A DNA stretch of 64,000 nt from Octopus sinensis (lineage: Eukaryota), in the NCBI RefSeq assembly GCF_006345805.1, contig NC_043009.1, positions 50,096,001 to 50,160,000 on the forward strand. The letters are read 5' to 3'. The notes beneath the pieces are model-generated. The model was given only the letters and a program-made list of their open reading frames with translations. It was not told the DNA's origin and did no database searches. The translations under genes and the position numbers were made by a program. Below, piece by piece: positions 63,254-64,000 of the stretch. Numbering within the stretch: position 1 is the first letter of the stretch; the number at the start of each line of letters is the position of its first letter.

Positions 63254-63672
63254 CTTTTCTACTATAGGCACAAGGTCTGAAATTTTGAGGGGAGGAAGTT
63301 AGTTGATAAAATTAACCCCAGTGCACAACTGGTACTTATTTTATTGACCCTCACCAAAGAGTGAAGGACAAAATTGACCTTGGTGGACTTCAAACTCAGA
63401 CTGCAGAGACACATGACATGCTGTTAAGCATTCTGTCTGGTTTGCTAATGATTCTGCCAGCTCATTGCCTTCGCTTAAAATTTTACAGGAAGGGGACTAG
63501 TTGATTACATCGACCCCAATATTTCACTGGTACTTAATTTATCAACCTCGAATGGATGAAAGGCAAAGTCAAGCTTGATGGAATTTGAACTCAGAACGTA
63601 AAGATGGATGAAATACTGCGAAGTATTTTGCTCGGCATGCTAACGACTCTGCCAGCTCACTGCCTTTGCCTT
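62895..63672 (-). mobile_element. Cluster of four family C-related SINE copies in the same orientation, separated by (AAT)n
   Basis: Repeated GGCAAAGTYRAC...GAATTTGAACTCAG...GAYTCTGCYAGCT at ~62910-63010, 63060-63200, 63260-63470 and 63485-63670. Confidence 0.75.
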
Positions 63673-64000
63673 AATAATAATAATAATGACCAAAAATATT
63701 GACTATAGTGTGTGTGTGTGTGTGTGTGTGAGAAAGAGGGGGGAAGAGAGAAAAGGGAGAGAGAGAATGAGAGTGCACGCACACATGTATGTGTGTGTGT
63801 GTGTGTTAAATTAAAAATTCGAGTTCCAAATTTTCTTTGATGTTTCAGTTATGTCCTCTTGGTAGAAGACAAAATAATACACGACATCAACTAAAGAGAA
63901 CAAATTGTTTAGGTGACAGCTAAATAATAAAGATTCTAAGCAGACACACATGCAGCGACTGAAATAGGCGAAACCTCTTCCTTACACCAACAACAATATT

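Overview
AT-rich eukaryotic non-coding DNA with extreme microsatellite density ((TA)n, (TG)n, (GA)n, (GAT)n, (AAT)n, (TATG)n). The repeat content resembles what I recall of Octopus (coleoid cephalopod) genomes. That assignment is inference, not a database result. I recognise no host protein-coding gene, and almost all ORFs in the supplied track are translated microsatellites. Supported features: (i) three 5'-truncated LINE remnants (RTE/BovB-like 15303-15702 with a 14-bp TSD, RTE-X-like 30732-31212, R4/Dong-like endonuclease domain 37070-37570); (ii) dozens of SINE-type copies, given working labels A, B, C, E plus a V-domain-like copy with a perfect 14-bp TSD; (iii) TTAA-flanked piggyBac-like MITEs, a mariner deletion derivative and a hAT-like MITE; (iv) a 645-bp foldback element carrying telomere-like repeats nested in a MITE. 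Most worth follow-up: the foldback, a ~62-nt pre-miRNA/mirtron-like hairpin at 33045-33107, an Asp/Asn-rich cryptic ORF whose stop was displaced by a SINE insertion, an E2F/YY1/GC-box motif cluster at 26544-26597, and a few splice-signal-bounded candidate exons. Boundaries of degraded repeats are approximate (about 10-20 bp).
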